A stretch of 64,000 nucleotides of DNA from Solirubrobacterales bacterium. GTDB lineage: Bacteria > Actinomycetota > Thermoleophilia > Solirubrobacterales > 70-9. The notes beneath the pieces are model-generated. The model did no database searches. It was not told the DNA's origin and was given only the letters and a program-made list of their open reading frames with translations. The stretch is from the NCBI GenBank assembly GCA_040879985.1, contig JBBDJH010000004.1, positions 14,115-78,114 on the forward strand. The letters run 5' to 3'. Of this stretch, positions 59,981 through 64,000 are shown piece after piece (within the stretch, counting starts at the first letter, position 1; every line of letters starts with the position of its first letter). Made by a program: the position numbers and the translations under genes.

Positions 59981-60022
59981 GGCGCATGTGGCCGACCGAG
60001 GACGCAGAGATGCGCCGGCCAC
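59981..60022. repeat. Small GC hairpin region carrying the GGCCGACCGAGGACGC 16-mer also present in element F (tentative family member)
   Basis: GGCGCAT/ATGCGCC and GTGGCCG/CGGCCAC form alternative stems around GGCCGACCGAGGACGC (59990-60005, identical to 41902-41917). Confidence 0.3.
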
Positions 60023-60027
60023 ACGAG

Positions 60028-61570
60028 TCACGGCGGGCCGATCCCGTCCAGCAAGACCCCGTTGCTGCGAAAGCCCAGCTCGGCCCGGCGCACCTTGCGC
60101 AGGCGCAGGTGGGCCAGGTCGGGGCCGGGCAGCGCGTAGCGCCTCAGGTGCAGGCGGCCGATCCGCTCGTAGCCGACCTGGCGGAAGCGCGGCCCGAGCA
60201 GGTGGGCGGGAACCGGCGGCGCCGGGCCGTCGGAGACGAAGTTGACCTCGTGCACGTTCCATGCGTAGCCGTCCGAGGGCTGCACCTGGAAGGAGCCGGT
60301 CGAGAGGTAGTAGCGCAGCGATGCCGCCCCCAGGGTCCAGAGCACGGTCGCCCGCGGCGTTTCGGACTCCCCCATGCGCACCGCGACCGCCTCCCAGTCG
60401 GGCCGGTGCAGGCTCGGCGAGAAGCTCGCCCAGAGGCTGAAGCCGAGCGAGTAGACGACCAGGACCGAGGCGAGGACCGCGCCGACGCGACGCGCCCGGC
60501 GCAGGGTCAGGCCGATCGCCACCGCGACGAGCAGCGGCGCCAGCGCCGCGATCAGGTTGCGGCCGAGCACGTAGTCCTTGCCCGGCGCGAGCAGCGCCAG
60601 GGCCAGCGGCACGACGATGGTGGCGGCCGCGACGGCCAGGATCAACCCGCCGGCCCGCCGCTCGCGAGGCTCGCCGCGCACGGCGAGCAGCGCCAGCGCG
60701 GCGAGCGCCGCGAGCAGCGGGACGACCGCCGGCAGCACCGCCTCGGGGCGGGCGACGATGTGGCCGGTCTCGCCGACCGCGAAGGCGACGCCGGTCTCCC
60801 AGAGGCGCTGGGCGAGGCCGTGGTCGCCGATCCACTCGGCGTGGCCGAGCGACATCTGGTGGATCGCCAGCGGCGCCAGGGCGAGGCCGGCGAGGACGAC
60901 GATCCAGATCCCCGCCAGGGCCCGGCGCCGGCGGCGCCAGAGCAGCCAGAGCGCCTCGAGCGCGATCGGGAAGATCGCGAAGTAGTGGGTCGCCAGGGCG
61001 AGGGTGGAGAAGACGCCCCACAACCTCAAATCCCCCCTCCCACCCGCGGACGCGCCGTCCCCGGCGGGACGCAGGGCGCGGACGAAGTAGAGCGCGGCGG
61101 CCGCGGTGAAGAGGACGAGCAGGGAGTAGCCGCGAGCCTCCTGCGAGTACCAGAGCAACATCGGGTTGACCGCGACCAGGGCCGCGGCGACCAGGCCCGT
61201 CCAACTCGCTGCGCTGTTCCTTTCCCCCGTATCACCGGGATAAGGAACAGCGGAGCGGGGTTTTGACAGCTCGGCGCCGAGCAGGTAGGCGACCGGCACC
61301 GTCGCCACGCCGGCCAGGGCGGAGAGCGAGCGCAGGCCGGCCTCGCCCGTCCCGGCCAGCTGTGTCCAGGCCCAGGCCAGCGCGTAGTAGAGCGGCGGGG
61401 CCGACTCGCTGAAGCCGACCGCTTCCATCGCGTGGATGAAATCGCCGCGCAGGATGCGACTGGCGGTGACGATCTCGTCGTGGTGGTATCCCTGCGTGCC
61501 GAGCGTGACGAAGCGCAGCACGGCCGCGCCGGCGGTCAGGCCGGCGACGATCCAGAAAGCCCGCGACCTC

Positions 61571-61578
<8 letters not shown>
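60028..61578 (-). CDS. Membrane glycosyltransferase, GT39/PMT_2 (ArnT-like) family
   Basis: About 12 TM helices. The N-terminal loop LGTQGYHHDEIVTA (DE motif) and ..SAPPLYYALAWAW.. are typical of PMT_2 glycosyltransferases. Confidence 0.8.
61212..61252. repeat. 11-bp-arm inverted repeat inside the GT39 CDS (possible in-frame palindromic insertion)
   Basis: CGCTGTTCCTT-tcccccgtatcaccgggat-AAGGAACAGCG. It is lower in G+C than the surrounding codons and is translated as ..RSAVPYPGDTGERNSAA.. Confidence 0.5.
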
Positions 61579-63960
<2,382 letters not shown>

Positions 63961-63961
<1 letters not shown>

Positions 63962-64000
63962 CAGTCCCGCCCGATCGGCACGCGGCGGGTCGTCTGCGAG
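63961..64000 (-). CDS. 3' end of an unidentified gene (..SQTTRRVPIGRD*), stop overlapping the lon ATG
   Basis: The minus-strand frame is open to the window edge and ends at TGA 63963-63961 (TGATG overlap with the lon start). It is too short to identify. Confidence 0.2.

Noticed and set aside
59990-60005. Exact 16-mer GGCCGACCGAGGACGC shared with element F (41902-41917).
   Set aside because: A rough estimate suggests several exact 16-mer matches are expected by chance among all position pairs in 64 kb of this G+C content. The surrounding sequence does not align, and the orientation relative to transcription is opposite to the other copies. I kept it only as a low-confidence feature.

Overview
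This is a high-G+C bacterial chromosome segment. Its gene content looks actinobacterial: an mIHF-type protein, LCP, MMPL, YrbE/Mkl, and a ROK glucokinase. I can support about 55 protein genes and saw no rRNA, tRNA or CRISPR array. Housekeeping genes (typA, cspA, recD2, metG, rsmI, glyQS, lon) are interspersed with accessory modules. These are a vapBC pair, an orphan hipA-like kinase, a frameshifted Abi_2 gene (55.2-55.9 kb), and the best candidate defence island at 45.1-52.1 kb. That island holds a visibly lower-G+C Mrr-nuclease/NACHT/helical-repeat STAND gene, flanked by two more P-loop ATPase + PD-(D/E)xK fusion genes and an AlkZ-like gene. The most unusual sequence-level signal is a set of dispersed nested-hairpin repeat families. 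Family A is 43-52 bp with 3 copies. Families B, D, F and C are 105-165 bp with at least 7 copies. B, D, F and C share a conserved asymmetric apical core (..AATT..GTCCGAGGT..) and an oligo-A/oligo-T inner stem, but their palindromic outer stems differ between copies. Two or three copies sit in frame inside coding sequences (alkA-like, MMPL, possibly GT39). One copy supplies a gene's stop codon, and one buries the SD/start codon of a downstream gene. Many long ORFs in the track are antisense shadow ORFs typical of high-G+C DNA, and I rejected them. Repeat coordinates were derived by hand and cross-checked against ORF-track codon positions, so treat them as +/-2 nt. All family assignments come from motif recognition, not from database searches.
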